Origin: a virus
Lineage: Duplodnaviria > Heunggongvirae > Uroviricota > Caudoviricetes
IMG/VR virus record: IMGVR_UViG_2690316166_000006
Location: 1 to 24,678 of that record
Length of the DNA stretch: 24,678 bases
Direction: 5' to 3' (one strand)
The position numbers and the translations under genes are program-made. Shown here one piece after another: positions 1 through 9,739 of the stretch. The notes under the pieces were generated by a model that saw only the letters and a list, made by a program, of their open reading frames with translations, had not been told where the DNA came from and searched no databases. Position 1 is the first letter of the stretch. Every line of letters begins with the position of its first letter.

Positions 1-1
1 C

Positions 2-46
2 TGGCGCACTGACGGTTTCATCGTGGGTGTCGGTTATAAATTCTGA
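2..46 (+). CDS. 3' end of an upstream gene (partial); C-terminus WRTDGFIVGVGYKF resembles the C-terminal beta-strand of Ail/Lom-family outer membrane proteins
   Basis: Frame-2 translation ends ...GVGYKF then TGA at 44-46. The terminal aromatic residue is typical of OmpX/Ail/Lom barrels, and lom precedes stf in lambda. Only 14 codons are visible. Confidence 0.4.
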   Translation, partial: WRTDGFIVGVGYKF

Positions 47-73
47 TTAGCCAGGTAACACAGTGTTATGACA

Positions 74-99
74 GCCCGCCGGTTCAGGCGGGCTTTTTT
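74..99 (+). terminator. Rho-independent terminator upstream of stf
   Basis: Stem gcccgcc (74-80), loop ggttca, stem ggcgggc (87-93), then TTTTTT (94-99). Confidence 0.7.
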
Positions 100-110
100 G
101 TGGGGTGAAT

Positions 111-3100
111 ATGGCAGTAAAGATTTCAGGTGTACTGAAAGACGGCACAGGAAAACCGGTACAGAACTGCACAATCCAGCTGAAAGCAAAACGTAACAGC
201 ACCACGGTGGTGGTGAACACGCTGGCCTCAGAAAATCCGGATGAAGCCGGGCGTTACAGCATGGACGTTGAGTACGGTCAGTACAGCGTTATTCTGTTGG
301 TGGAGGGATTCCCGCCGTCACATGCCGGGACCATCACCGTGTATGAAGATTCTCAACCCGGTACGCTGAATGATTTTCTCGGTGCCATGACGGAGGATGA
401 TGCCCGTCCGGAGGCACTGCGACGTTTTGAACTGATGGTGGAAGAGGTGGCGCGTAACGCGTCCGCGGTGGCACAGAACACAGCAGCCGCGAAGAAGTCA
501 GCCAGCGATGCCAGCACATCAGCCCGTGAGGCGGCAACCCATGCGACTGATGCTGCAGGCTCAGCACGCGCAGCCAGCACGTCAGCCGGACAGGCCGCGT
601 CGTCGGCTCAGTCAGCGTCTTCCAGCGCAGGAACGGCATCAGCAAAGGCCACTGAAGCATCAAAAAGTGCTGCCGCTGCAGAGTCCTCAAAAAGCGCGGC
701 GGCCACCAGTGCCGGTGCCGCGAAAACGTCTGAAACGAATGCTGCAGCGTCACAACAATCAGCAGCCACTTCTGCATCCACCGCGACCACGAAAGCGTCA
801 GAAGCTGCCACCTCAGCCCGGGATGCGTCGGCTTCAAAAGAGGCGGCAAAATCATCAGAAACGAGCGCAGCCTCGAGCGCCAGTAGTGCAGCTTCCTCGG
901 CAACGGCGGCAGGCAATTCCGCGAACGCGGCAAAAACGTCCGAGACGAACGCTAAGTCTTCTGAAACGGCAGCGGAACAGAGTGCCTCCGCAGCAGCAGA
1001 CTCAAAAACAGCGGCTGCATCATCTGCCAGCGCCGCGTCAACAAGTGCCGGGCAGGCCTCAGCCAGTGCCACCGCTGCCGGAAAGTCGGCAGAAAGTGCC
1101 GCATCGTCTGCTTCAACAGCCACAACGAAGGCTGGCGAAGCCACTGAACAGGCCAGCGCAGCAGCGAGTTCTGCTTCCGCAGCGAAGACATCCGAAACGA
1201 ACGCGAAAGCGTCGGAAACCAGCGCAGAATCCTCAAAAACGGCTGCCGCATCGTCCGCCAGTTCGGCGGCGTCATCGGCATCATCTGCGTCTGCTTCAAA
1301 AGATGAGGCGACCAGACAAGCGTCAGCAGCGAAGAGCAGCGCTACGACGGCATCCACGAAGGCGACAGAGGCAGCTGGCAGTGCGACGGCGGCAGCTCAG
1401 AGCAAAAGTACGGCGGAATCCGCGGCAACGCGCGCCGAGACAGCAGCTAAACGGGCAGAGGATATTGCATCCGCCGTGGCGCTTGAGGATGCAAGTACGA
1501 CGAAAAAGGGGATAGTACAGCTCAGCAGTGCGACCAACAGTACGTCTGAAACGCTGGCGGCAACGCCAAAGGCAGTAAAATCAGCCTATGACAATGCAGA
1601 GAAACGTCTGCAGAAAGACCAGAACGGCGCTGATATACCCGATAAGGGACGCTTCCTGAACAACATTAACGCGGTCAGTAAAACAGACTTTGCTGATAAG
1701 CGTGGTATGCGTTATGTGCGGGTTAACGCTCCTGCAGGTGCAACATCTGGAAAATATTATCCTGTTGTTGTTATGCGTTCTGCTGGCTCAGTAAGCGAAC
1801 TGGCATCAAGGGTCATTATCACCACGGCAACGCGAACCGCAGGCGATCCTATGAATAACTGCGAGTTTAACGGATTTGTTATGCCTGGTGGCTGGACTGA
1901 CAGGGGGCGTTATGCTTATGGAATGTTCTGGCAATATCAAAACAATGAACGAGCCATCCACTCAATAATGATGAGTAATAAGGGCGATGATTTGCGCTCT
2001 GTGTTCTATGTTGATGGCGCTGCTTTCCCTGTTTTTGCGTTTATCGAAGATGGCCTGTCAATATCCGCACCTGGTGCTGATCTCGTTGTTAATGATACGA
2101 CCTATAAGTTTGGGGCAACAAATCCAGCGACTGAATGTATCGCGGCGGACGTTATCCTTGATTTTAAGAGTGGGCGTGGTTTTTATGAGTCTCATTCGTT
2201 AATCGTTAACGATAACTTGTCGTGCAAAAAACTTTTTGCCACAGACGAAATTGTAGCGCGTGGTGGTAATCAGATTCGAATGATAGGTGGGGAGTATGGT
2301 GCATTATGGCGTAATGATGGCGCTAAAACTTACCTGCTGCTTACCAATCAAGGTGATGTTTATGGTGGCTGGAATACATTAAGACCGTTTGCTATTGATA
2401 ACGCAACCGGCGAACTGGTTATTGGAACCAAACTGTCCGCAAGTCTGAACGGTAATGCATTAACAGCAACAAAGCTGCAAACGCCAAGACTGGTTTCTGG
2501 TGTTGAGTTTGATGGTTCCAGAGATATTACTTTAACCGCTGCGCATGTTGCTGCTTTTGCCAGAAGAGCAACGGATACGTATGCCGATGCGGATGGGGGC
2601 GTTCCCTGGAATGCCGAATCAGGCGCTTACAATGTCACCCGCTCTGGCTACAGCTATATTCTGGTTAACTTCTATACCGGAGTCGGAAGTTGCCGGACCT
2701 TGCAGATGAAGGCGCATTACAGAAATGGTGGTCTGTTCTACCGTTCTTCAAGAGACGGTTATGGTTTTGAGGAAGATTGGGCAGAAGTTTATACCTCGAA
2801 AAATCTTCCACCAGAAAGCTACCCAGTCGGCGCACCAATCCCGTGGCCATCAGATACCGTTCCGTCTGGTTATGCCCTGATGCAGGGGCAGACTTTTGAC
2901 AAATCTGCATACCCGAAACTTGCAGCGGCTTATCCGTCAGGCGTTATTCCTGATATGCGTGGCTGGACGATTAAGGGCAAGCCCGCCAGTGGTCGTGCCG
3001 TATTGTCTCAGGAACAGGACGGCATTAAATCGCACACCCACAGCGCCAGCGCATCCAGTACGGATTTGGGTACGAAAACCACATCGTCGTTTGATTACGG

Positions 3101-3509
3101 TACTAAATCCACGAATAACACTGGTGCGCATACCCATAGTTTAAGTGGCAGCACGAATGCAGCTGGTAATCACAGCCATAGAGATGGCCGTCGATTTAAC
3201 CCCAGTGTTTTTAAAGATACTTATCAATATGGTTATACAAGCTCAGGTCAAAATACTTGGGGTGTACAAGGCTCAGTAGGTATGTCTACGGGGTGGTTAG
3301 CTAATACCAGTACAGATGGTAATCATAGCCACTCACTGTCCGGCACAGCAGCATCTGCAGGTGCACACGCACATACTGTCGGTATTGGTGCACACACGCA
3401 CTCCGTTGCGATTGGTTCACATGGACATACCATCACCGTTAACGCTGCTGGTAACGCGGAAAACACCGTCAAAAACATCGCATTTAACTATATTGTGAGG
3501 CTTGCATGA
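111..3509 (+). CDS. stf: Side tail fibre protein (lambda Stf / Rac StfR-like, about 1130 aa) with a divergent central region
   Basis: ORF 105..3509. The N-terminus [26 protein letters not shown] and the Ala/Ser-rich repeats match lambda Stf from memory. The C-terminus has His-rich HxH repeats ([43 protein letters not shown]) and ends [11 protein letters not shown]. The ATG at 111 is preferred over the GTG at 105. Confidence 0.9.
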   Translation: MAVKISGVLKDGTGKPVQNCTIQLKAKRNSTTVVVNTLASENPDEAGRYSMDVEYGQYSVILLVEGFPPSHAGTITVYEDSQPGTLNDFLGAMTEDDARPEALRRFELMVEEVARNASAVAQNTAAAKKSASDASTSAREAATHATDAAGSARAASTSAGQAASSAQSASSSAGTASAKATEASKSAAAAESSKSAAATSAGAAKTSETNAAASQQSAATSASTATTKASEAATSARDASASKEAAKSSETSAASSASSAASSATAAGNSANAAKTSETNAKSSETAAEQSASAAADSKTAAASSASAASTSAGQASASATAAGKSAESAASSASTATTKAGEATEQASAAASSASAAKTSETNAKASETSAESSKTAAASSASSAASSASSASASKDEATRQASAAKSSATTASTKATEAAGSATAAAQSKSTAESAATRAETAAKRAEDIASAVALEDASTTKKGIVQLSSATNSTSETLAATPKAVKSAYDNAEKRLQKDQNGADIPDKGRFLNNINAVSKTDFADKRGMRYVRVNAPAGATSGKYYPVVVMRSAGSVSELASRVIITTATRTAGDPMNNCEFNGFVMPGGWTDRGRYAYGMFWQYQNNERAIHSIMMSNKGDDLRSVFYVDGAAFPVFAFIEDGLSISAPGADLVVNDTTYKFGATNPATECIAADVILDFKSGRGFYESHSLIVNDNLSCKKLFATDEIVARGGNQIRMIGGEYGALWRNDGAKTYLLLTNQGDVYGGWNTLRPFAIDNATGELVIGTKLSASLNGNALTATKLQTPRLVSGVEFDGSRDITLTAAHVAAFARRATDTYADADGGVPWNAESGAYNVTRSGYSYILVNFYTGVGSCRTLQMKAHYRNGGLFYRSSRDGYGFEEDWAEVYTSKNLPPESYPVGAPIPWPSDTVPSGYALMQGQTFDKSAYPKLAAAYPSGVIPDMRGWTIKGKPASGRAVLSQEQDGIKSHTHSASASSTDLGTKTTSSFDYGTKSTNNTGAHTHSLSGSTNAAGNHSHRDGRRFNPSVFKDTYQYGYTSSGQNTWGVQGSVGMSTGWLANTSTDGNHSHSLSGTAASAGAHAHTVGIGAHTHSVAIGSHGHTITVNAAGNAENTVKNIAFNYIVRLA

Positions 3510-4396
3510 TTACGCTCATTCTTTCTGCACCAGTAACAGAAATGGCTGAAGCATTTAAGCGGGTATTTGCAAACGCAGATAATGTGAATATTGTCGGAAA
3601 GCCATTTGAAACAATCAGAGAATTTGACTGCATGGTAAGTGCGGCAAATAGTTTCGGCCTGATGGATGGCGGCGTTGATGCCGCCATTACCGCATTCTTC
3701 GGTACTCAGTTACAGTCCCGCGTTCAGAATCATATTCTTCGTGAATATCTAGGCGAACAGCCTGTAGGTTCTGCATTTGTAATTGAAACGGGGCATAATC
3801 ATCACCCCTGGCTGGTACATGCGCCAACAATGCGTGTTCCGCTGACAATTGACGGAACAGACGCTGTATATAATGCAACCTGGGCCGCTCTGCTTGCCAT
3901 CTTTCAGCACAATAAAAACGCAACGACAGACAGGAAAATAAAGACGGTGGTATTCCCTGCAATGGGGGCCGGATGTGGTCAGGTTCCGTTTGAAAGCGTT
4001 GCCTGGCAAATGAAGCAGGCATGGGATAACTTTAATAAGAAAACAGAATCAATTTACTGGGAATACGCACACTCCCGCCAGTCGGCAGTATTTGGCACAT
4101 ATGCATACTGTCCGGGTAATTCTGTTTGCCGTTATGCGGATACTAAATATATTGGATGCGGCGATTATCGGACGTATTGCTCACGTTCCGGGCAGTTCTG
4201 TATTAGCCATGTGCATCAGGCTGATGACGTGCTGACTAATAATCGCTCTCGCCCTGATTCGCATACACACCGGTTTAATCCAGAAAATCCCGTAGGCAAT
4301 CTCACCTCTGGCGCACATAGCCACGGAAGTAGCATCGTTATTGGTGCTCCCACCCATACGCTCAATAAACAATATTCTGTCTCTGATATTAAGTAG
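3506..4396 (+). CDS. Macro-domain (ADP-ribose binding/processing family) protein with a Cys/His-rich C-terminal region resembling a fibre tip
   Basis: ORF 3506..4396, 296 aa. Motifs [26 protein letters not shown] and [22 protein letters not shown] fit the macro-domain signature. The C-terminus ([25 protein letters not shown]) echoes Stf tip motifs ([19 protein letters not shown]). The start ATGA overlaps the stf stop, with GAGG 5 nt upstream. Confidence 0.7.
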   Translation: MITLILSAPVTEMAEAFKRVFANADNVNIVGKPFETIREFDCMVSAANSFGLMDGGVDAAITAFFGTQLQSRVQNHILREYLGEQPVGSAFVIETGHNHHPWLVHAPTMRVPLTIDGTDAVYNATWAALLAIFQHNKNATTDRKIKTVVFPAMGAGCGQVPFESVAWQMKQAWDNFNKKTESIYWEYAHSRQSAVFGTYAYCPGNSVCRYADTKYIGCGDYRTYCSRSGQFCISHVHQADDVLTNNRSRPDSHTHRFNPENPVGNLTSGAHSHGSSIVIGAPTHTLNKQYSVSDIK

Positions 4397-4404
4397 AGGT
4401 GAAC

Positions 4405-4980
4405 ATGGATTTTAGAATGACTGAACAACCACGGACCATAAAAATTTATAATTTGCTGGCCGGAACTAATGAATTTATTGGTGAAGGTGATGCATACATT
4501 CCACCTCATACAGGTCTACCTGCAAACAGTACCGATATTGCACCGCCAGATATTCCGGCAGGCTTCGTGGCTGTTTTCAACGGTGATGATGCATCGTGGC
4601 ATCTCGTTGAAGATCATCGTGGTAAAACGGTTTATGACGTGGCATCAGGGGACGCGTTATTTATTTCTGAACTCGGTCCGTTACCGGAAAATGTTACTTG
4701 GTTGTCGCCGGAAGGGGAATATCAGAAGTGGAACGGTACAGCTTGGGTGAAAGATGCAGAAGCAGAAAAACTATTCCGGATCCGGGAGGCGGAAGAAACA
4801 AAAAACAGCCTGATGCAGGTAGCCAGTGAGCATATTGCGCCGCTTCAGGATGCTGCAGATCTGGAAATCGCAACGGAGGAAGAAACCTCGTTGCTGGAAG
4901 CCTGGAAAAAGTATCGGGTGTTGCTGAACCGTGTTGATACATCACTATCTCCAGATATCGAGTGGCCAAGTCAACCATAA
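4405..4980 (+). CDS. tfa: Tail fibre assembly protein (lambda Tfa family)
   Basis: ORF 4399..4980. The sequence [57 protein letters not shown] and the C-terminal [24 protein letters not shown] match lambda Tfa from memory. The ATG at 4405 is preferred, with GAGGTG upstream. Confidence 0.9.
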   Translation: MDFRMTEQPRTIKIYNLLAGTNEFIGEGDAYIPPHTGLPANSTDIAPPDIPAGFVAVFNGDDASWHLVEDHRGKTVYDVASGDALFISELGPLPENVTWLSPEGEYQKWNGTAWVKDAEAEKLFRIREAEETKNSLMQVASEHIAPLQDAADLEIATEEETSLLEAWKKYRVLLNRVDTSLSPDIEWPSQP

Positions 4981-4985
4981 ATCAA

Positions 4986-5008
4986 TATCCCCTGCAATGC
5001 AGGGGATA
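4986..5008. terminator. Hairpin between the convergent tfa and sopB genes; likely bidirectional terminator
   Basis: Perfect 10-bp stem tatcccctgc / gcaggggata with loop aat. Flanking U-tracts are weak on both strands. Confidence 0.45.
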
Positions 5009-5012
5009 GTTC

Positions 5013-5978
5013 TTAATTATCAGTAGATTGTTCCTCTAGTAACAACTCAATTCTGCTTAGTATTTCTTTAGATATTTTGCGGCTATCAATTTTTATAGTT
5101 ACAAAATTACCTTTATATCTGGCCGTGATCCCTTCCCCATATTTTTTCTCGTCTTTTGTTTTTTCCTCGCCGCCAACCAGAACAGAGTCAGATAATATTT
5201 GTATAATCCGTGAAGCTTCTAAATCCTCGCCGTTTTTTTTAATTGCCAGAAGATGATGAGCAGCATTGCTCATGGCAGCCATGTTTTTTTTGTAAACCTT
5301 AAACAAAGAATCTCCAGCACGAGCTGACAGTTCTCCTGGATGATTGAAGATAGCTAATATATCTTTTGGTAGACCAGCTGTATTAATACAGCGAGTGATA
5401 ATATTTCTATCTATATTTTCAGCCTCGGCTAATGCTTTAACGTTACCATCAAAGTCATTTAGCTTGCGTAAGTATCTCTTTCCTCTTTCGTATGCACTAA
5501 TAGGCCTATAATCGTTACCAATTTGGGATAACCAATGCATCTGTTCATCGTCGAGATCACCAATTAAGACGCGATAGTCACATCCTGTTAATATCGCTGC
5601 TTTTCTTCTACGTGAGCCGTCAGCGACTTCAACGATTCCAGATACTTTTCTGGCGAAAGCTGGATTTTGTTGTCCAGACGTTAGAAAAGATGGGATTAAA
5701 TCGGCTAGAGAGGATTCATTTAATAAATCTTGATCGCGTTCATTACCTAGCCATACCATTGTTGCCATTTCAACTTTATCTGCGGGAATTGTCTCTAACT
5801 TAAAGTTAACATTACGTCCGCATACTGGCAAAGTTATGCTGTTACCGGTTAATGAACTCAGTTGACGTTTTAAATCACCAACCATAGGTGATACGGGCTG
5901 ATGTTCAGGGGCATGATGATTATTACTCATAATGCGATTAATATCTGGAGCATTTTTTAGAAGAGAGCGCTGTTTCAT
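5013..5978 (-). CDS. sopB: Partition protein SopB (ParB-family centromere-binding protein, F SopB-like)
   Basis: 321 aa. Segments ITLPVCGRNVNFKLE, WLGNERDQDLL, LIPSFLTSGQQNPAFARKVSGIVEVADGSRRRKAAILTGCDYRVLIGDLDDEQM, NDYRPISAYERGKRY and LFNHPGELSARAGD match F-plasmid SopB from memory. Confidence 0.93.
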   Translation of the reverse strand: MKQRSLLKNAPDINRIMSNNHHAPEHQPVSPMVGDLKRQLSSLTGNSITLPVCGRNVNFKLETIPADKVEMATMVWLGNERDQDLLNESSLADLIPSFLTSGQQNPAFARKVSGIVEVADGSRRRKAAILTGCDYRVLIGDLDDEQMHWLSQIGNDYRPISAYERGKRYLRKLNDFDGNVKALAEAENIDRNIITRCINTAGLPKDILAIFNHPGELSARAGDSLFKVYKKNMAAMSNAAHHLLAIKKNGEDLEASRIIQILSDSVLVGGEEKTKDEKKYGEGITARYKGNFVTIKIDSRKISKEILSRIELLLEEQSTDN

Positions 5979-7144
5979 TATTCGTTCTCCCAGCGAGGTT
6001 TTATTAGATCATCAAAAATTTCTCGGCAAACAGGGTCCCATATAGAAACAGCATTTCTCCATGCATTCAATGTTGAACGTTGGTTTGCTGCTTGTTCAAA
6101 TACTGTTCTCATTTTTATCTGGCCTTTACCTACTTCATCGGTAACGCGTACAACCTGACGTAATACCATTGATCCCCATGTATTTCTTATTTGTTCTTCC
6201 ATCCATCGTGATTGATTCCCTGTAGTGAGACTATATTTAGTCAGAAGTAAGCGAACGGTTGGCTCAAATCCACCTAGGTCAACGCTTTCCAATAGATCGA
6301 GAAGCATTGTGAAAAACTGTAGAACAGAAGCGTAATCAAATAATTCTGCAGGTGTAGCAACAACAATAACGTCAGCGGCACAAACAACGTTAATGGTTCC
6401 TGTACCGAGGTTCGGAGCACTATCTATAACGATAACATCGTAGTTATCCCAAACTGATTCAATAGCTGCGCGCAGCATAAGGTGTGGAGGATGAGGCAAT
6501 TTACCCTGAGCATGATATTGCATGAGATCTGTTTCTATACGATGTAAAGCTAGGCAGCTAGGGATAATGTCTAGCCCAGGCCAACATGTTGGCTTTATAG
6601 CATATTCAGCGTTATCGCGTTCTCCTAAGTAAAATGGCAGTAAAGTATCCTCGGCATGGATATGTAAATCAGGAACATAACCGTGATACATAGAGGCCGT
6701 GCCTTGAGGATCGTTACCTTCAACCAAAAGAACACGATGACCTTGTAATGCTAACCATTGAGCTTGATGTACCGCAGACGATGTTTTATAAACGCCGCCT
6801 TTGTGTGACATAACGGCAAGCACAACAGGGTTTTTATCTTGTGGTCGTTGGTTTGGGTTGCCAAAAACTGCTCGCATACTGTTGATTTGATCTATGGTAT
6901 AACCAGCACGACGTTCAATTCTTCCTCTCATTTCAAAGTCAGGTGCAGGTAAACGCCCGCTCTTCTCAGCATCTCTAATTGCTTGAGGAGTTACACCAAT
7001 TAAATCTGCTACTTCAGTTATACCCCATCGGCGGGTGATACGCCGAGCTTCAGGACTATCATCACCGAATTGAGCGATAGCAATTGCTTGGGTCATTTCT
7101 TGACCTCTCGTAACACAATCTTGCAATAACTTTTTCAAAGACAT
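5978..7144 (-). CDS. sopA: Partition ATPase SopA (ParA/Walker-type, F SopA-like)
   Basis: 388 aa. Segments KGGVYKTS (deviant Walker A), LLVEGNDPQGTASMYHGYVPDLHIHAEDTLLPFYLGE, AIKPTCWPGLDIIPSCLALHRIET, VIVIDSAPNLG and WMEEQIR..WGSMVL match F SopA from memory. The stop overlaps the sopB start by 1 nt (TAATG). GGAGA lies upstream of the ATG. Confidence 0.93.
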   Translation of the reverse strand: MSLKKLLQDCVTRGQEMTQAIAIAQFGDDSPEARRITRRWGITEVADLIGVTPQAIRDAEKSGRLPAPDFEMRGRIERRAGYTIDQINSMRAVFGNPNQRPQDKNPVVLAVMSHKGGVYKTSSAVHQAQWLALQGHRVLLVEGNDPQGTASMYHGYVPDLHIHAEDTLLPFYLGERDNAEYAIKPTCWPGLDIIPSCLALHRIETDLMQYHAQGKLPHPPHLMLRAAIESVWDNYDVIVIDSAPNLGTGTINVVCAADVIVVATPAELFDYASVLQFFTMLLDLLESVDLGGFEPTVRLLLTKYSLTTGNQSRWMEEQIRNTWGSMVLRQVVRVTDEVGKGQIKMRTVFEQAANQRSTLNAWRNAVSIWDPVCREIFDDLIKPRWENE

Positions 7145-7159
7145 ACTGTCATCTCCAGC

Positions 7160-7245
7160 TTGTAACTTTGCTTAATAATTAAATCTTTGCTTATTTCTAG
7201 CAAATTTGCATGAAAAAGGCAAAGCAAAACAAAAAACGCAAAGGC
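7160..7245 (-). promoter_or_regulatory. sop operon promoter/operator region with four CTTTGC / GCAAAG hexamers
   Basis: CTTTGC at 7166 and 7185; GCAAAG at 7219 and 7238, each pair 19 bp apart. F sopAB autoregulation uses repeated CTTTGC SopA-binding motifs. Confidence 0.55.
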
Positions 7246-7432
7246 GAATATTTGAGCTAAATCATCTTTTGTTCCCCTCCCGAAATGCATAAAACGAACA
7301 ACAATATAATCATAACTAATTGATATTTATTACCTTTTCTAAGAAAGGAAATCATATAAAACTAGAGAAACATGATAAGAATCATCAATGAGATACGTTT
7401 TCTATATTAGTTATCCCAACCTTACCAACATA

Positions 7433-7574
7433 AGAACACAAACAGAGAACATAAAAACAAAGTAATAATACAAACACAATAAAGAACATAAATAAAGAAT
7501 TAAAACAAATGTTAAATAAAAACAGTACGCAAACTGAGAACATTACATTAAACAAGAACACTAATCAAGAACAT
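7433..7574. repeat. Array of six AGAACA(T/C) direct repeats in the AT-rich region left of the telomere palindrome
   Basis: Copies at 7433, 7447, 7483, 7537, 7555 and 7568. Related GAACA motifs occur to the right of the palindrome at 7633 and 7647, and in inverted form at 7698. Confidence 0.5.
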
Positions 7575-7580
7575 AACGAA

Positions 7581-7622
7581 ACATAATTCCCCATTATACG
7601 CGCGTATAATGGGGAATTATGT
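7581..7622. promoter_or_regulatory. Telomere resolution site (telRL/telO-like): perfect 42-bp palindrome with a central CGCG, in uncleaved form
   Basis: acataattccccattatacgcgcgtataatggggaattatgt is its own reverse complement. The core CCCATTATACGCGCGTATAATGG matches the N15 telO core from memory. It lies between the divergent sopA and telN genes. Confidence 0.85.
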
Positions 7623-7792
7623 GCTGATCTTTAGAACAAAGTCAAGGAACAATTTTTAACGTTCCGATATTGTGTTTTTGTTTATTATCCGTCATTATGT
7701 TCTGTTAGTTTGTGACTAAGTTAACGCGTTATTAGTTATCTTATTCTCAAATTGTGTTACGATAATCCGAGCGGACAATCAGGAGAGGAAAG

Positions 7793-9694
7793 ATGAGCAA
7801 AGTAAAAATCGGTGAATTAATAAACTCACTTGTTAGCGATGTTGAGTCAATAGATAACTCTGACCGTCCTCAAGGGGAAAAAACAAAAAAAATAAAAGCT
7901 GTTGCATTAAAATTTAAAAATGCATTATTTAATGACAAGCGAAAGTTTAGGGGGAAAGGATTAGAAAAAAGAATTACAGCCAACACATTCAATGCCTATA
8001 TGAGCAGGGCCAGAAAACGGTTTGATGATAAACTTCATCATAGCTTTGAAAAAAATATACATCGCCTATCTGAAAAGTATCCTTTATATAATGAGGAGCT
8101 ATTATCATGGCTTTCTCTACCTGCTGCCGATATTCGCCAGAGAATGTCAGCTTTACAGGCAAAATTAAAATTAATTCTCCCTTTATCAGAAGATTTATCT
8201 AATATCAGAATTGGTGATAACAAAAGTCATAATAAGTTATTAAAATTATCAAATAAATATAAAGAGTGGCAATTCGCCATTTCTGATTTAACTAGCGATA
8301 ACTGGAAAGATAAGCGCGATTATTTATATAAATTACTACAGCAAGGATCTGCCTTACTTGAGGAGTTGAATCAGCTAAAAGTTAACCATGAGATTCTCTA
8401 TCATCTTCAACTAAGCCCTGCCGAACGCGCATCTATCCAGCAACGATGGGCAGACGTTCTGCACAATAAGAAACGTAACGTGGTGGTCATTGATTACCCT
8501 AAATATATGCAAGCTATTTACGATATTATAAATAGCCCTGCTACATTAAATAATCTAAACACTCGTTCAGGTATGGCTCCTTTGGCATTTGCACTTGCTG
8601 CATTGTCAGGAAGACGAATGATTGAGATTATGTATCAAGGTACATTTACTGTTTCTGGTAAGTATACCGTTGATTTTTTAGGCCAAGCAAAAAAAAGAAC
8701 TTCTGATGATATAACCAGAAAAATATATACATTATGCGAAGCAAAAACATTTGTTTATTTAATAAATGTACTTCGCTCATGCCCAGCAGCATCTGATTTT
8801 GATGATGTCGTTAAAGGTTATGGAGATAACGACACACGCTCTGAAAACGGACGGATTAATGCCATATTAGCAAAGGCTTTTAACCCGTGGGTTAAATCAT
8901 TTTTCAAAGATGACCGCCGTGTTTATAAAGATAGTCGTGCTATTTATGCCCGTATTGCGTATGAAATGTTTTTCCGCGTAGATCCTCGTTGGAAAAACGT
9001 AGATGAGGATGTTTTCTTTATGGAAATTTTAGGCCATGACGATGAAAACACTCAATTACACTATAAGCAATTCAAGCTGGCCAACTTCTCAAAGACATGG
9101 AGGCCAAATACTGGAAACGAAAATACCAGGCTGGAAGCATTGCAGCAGCTTGATGACGAAATGCCAGGATTCGCCAGAGGAGATGCCGGAGTTCGTCTGC
9201 ATAACACAGTTAAGCAGCTGGTAGAGCAGGACCCCTCTATAAAAATCACGAACAGCACTCTAAGAGCATTCAAATTTAGCCCTACAATGATTAGTCGATA
9301 CCTGGAATTTGCTGCTGATGCTCTGGGGCAATTTGTTGGCGAAAATGGACAATGGCAGCTGAAAATAGATTCTCCAGAAATCGTTATGCCTGACGAAGAA
9401 GAGCTGGAAGCAATACCTGAACAGACGGATGAATTATCAGAGGATGACGATCTGGATGACGACGAAATTGAGATAGAGGAAGAGGAAGAGGAAGAGGAAG
9501 AGAGCGTAGAAGAACAGCAACCGCCCGCGCCTTCTTCACCTGTATCTAAGCCGGTATTTAAGCCTGTGAGAAATATTGGTGATGGCTCATACGTTGTTGA
9601 ATTTCATTATAATGGCCAGAATTATGCTTGGTCCGGCAGTGCAAACAGCCCTATATCAGCAATGCAGTTAGCATGGCTGACATATTTCGGATAA
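7793..9694 (+). CDS. telN: Protelomerase TelN (telomere resolvase, tyrosine-recombinase-like)
   Basis: 633 aa. The N-terminus MSKVKIGELIN..DRPQGEKTKKIKA..KNALFNDKRKFRGKGL.KRITANTFNAYMSRARKRFDDKLHHSF and internal NTRSGMAPLAFALAA.SGRRMIEIM, RINAILAKAFNPWVKSFF and YARIAYEMFFRVDPRWKNVDEDVFFMEILGHDDENTQLHYKQFKLANFS match N15 TelN from memory. AGGAGAGG precedes the ATG. Confidence 0.95.
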   Translation: MSKVKIGELINSLVSDVESIDNSDRPQGEKTKKIKAVALKFKNALFNDKRKFRGKGLEKRITANTFNAYMSRARKRFDDKLHHSFEKNIHRLSEKYPLYNEELLSWLSLPAADIRQRMSALQAKLKLILPLSEDLSNIRIGDNKSHNKLLKLSNKYKEWQFAISDLTSDNWKDKRDYLYKLLQQGSALLEELNQLKVNHEILYHLQLSPAERASIQQRWADVLHNKKRNVVVIDYPKYMQAIYDIINSPATLNNLNTRSGMAPLAFALAALSGRRMIEIMYQGTFTVSGKYTVDFLGQAKKRTSDDITRKIYTLCEAKTFVYLINVLRSCPAASDFDDVVKGYGDNDTRSENGRINAILAKAFNPWVKSFFKDDRRVYKDSRAIYARIAYEMFFRVDPRWKNVDEDVFFMEILGHDDENTQLHYKQFKLANFSKTWRPNTGNENTRLEALQQLDDEMPGFARGDAGVRLHNTVKQLVEQDPSIKITNSTLRAFKFSPTMISRYLEFAADALGQFVGENGQWQLKIDSPEIVMPDEEELEAIPEQTDELSEDDDLDDDEIEIEEEEEEEEESVEEQQPPAPSSPVSKPVFKPVRNIGDGSYVVEFHYNGQNYAWSGSANSPISAMQLAWLTYFG

Positions 9695-9705
9695 AGCATA
9701 CGGTA

Positions 9706-9738
9706 AAGGCACCGAATTATCGGTGCCTTGTTGTGTGG
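9706..9738. terminator. Hairpin after telN, probably a bidirectional terminator
   Basis: 9-bp stem aaggcaccg / cggtgcctt with loop aattat, followed by gttgtgtgg. The U-tract is poor. Confidence 0.45.
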
Positions 9739-9739
9739 T

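Noticed and set aside
334-1515. Long overlapping ORFs on other frames and the opposite strand within stf (334..933, 353..580, 508..1515, 608..1357, 952..1299)
   Set aside because: They lie entirely within the Ala/Ser-rich, GC-biased repeat region of the tail fibre gene. Their translations are low-complexity (Arg/Pro/Gln- or Ala/Asp-rich) and they have no start context. They are frame shadows of stf.
3687-4372. Minus-strand ORFs antisense to the macro-domain gene (3687..4022, 3749..4009, 4181..4372, 4216..4509)
   Set aside because: They overlap a well-supported plus-strand gene, and their products are Cys/Arg/His-rich with no recognisable features.
7150-7790. The AT-rich repeat-bearing region between sopA and telN as a possible CRISPR array or insertion-element end
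   Set aside because: Repeats are short (6-7 bp) with irregular spacing and no repeat-spacer periodicity. The central 42-bp palindrome and the neighbouring telN identify it as a telomere resolution region. No transposase is nearby.
8038-9273. Small ORFs overlapping telN (8038..8223, 9036..9224, 9061..9273) and the 68-aa ORF 9622..9828
   Set aside because: They are embedded in or antisense to telN. The 9622..9828 ORF spans the telN terminator hairpin and continues out of frame beyond the Bro-N fragment. They have no RBS and are treated as non-coding.
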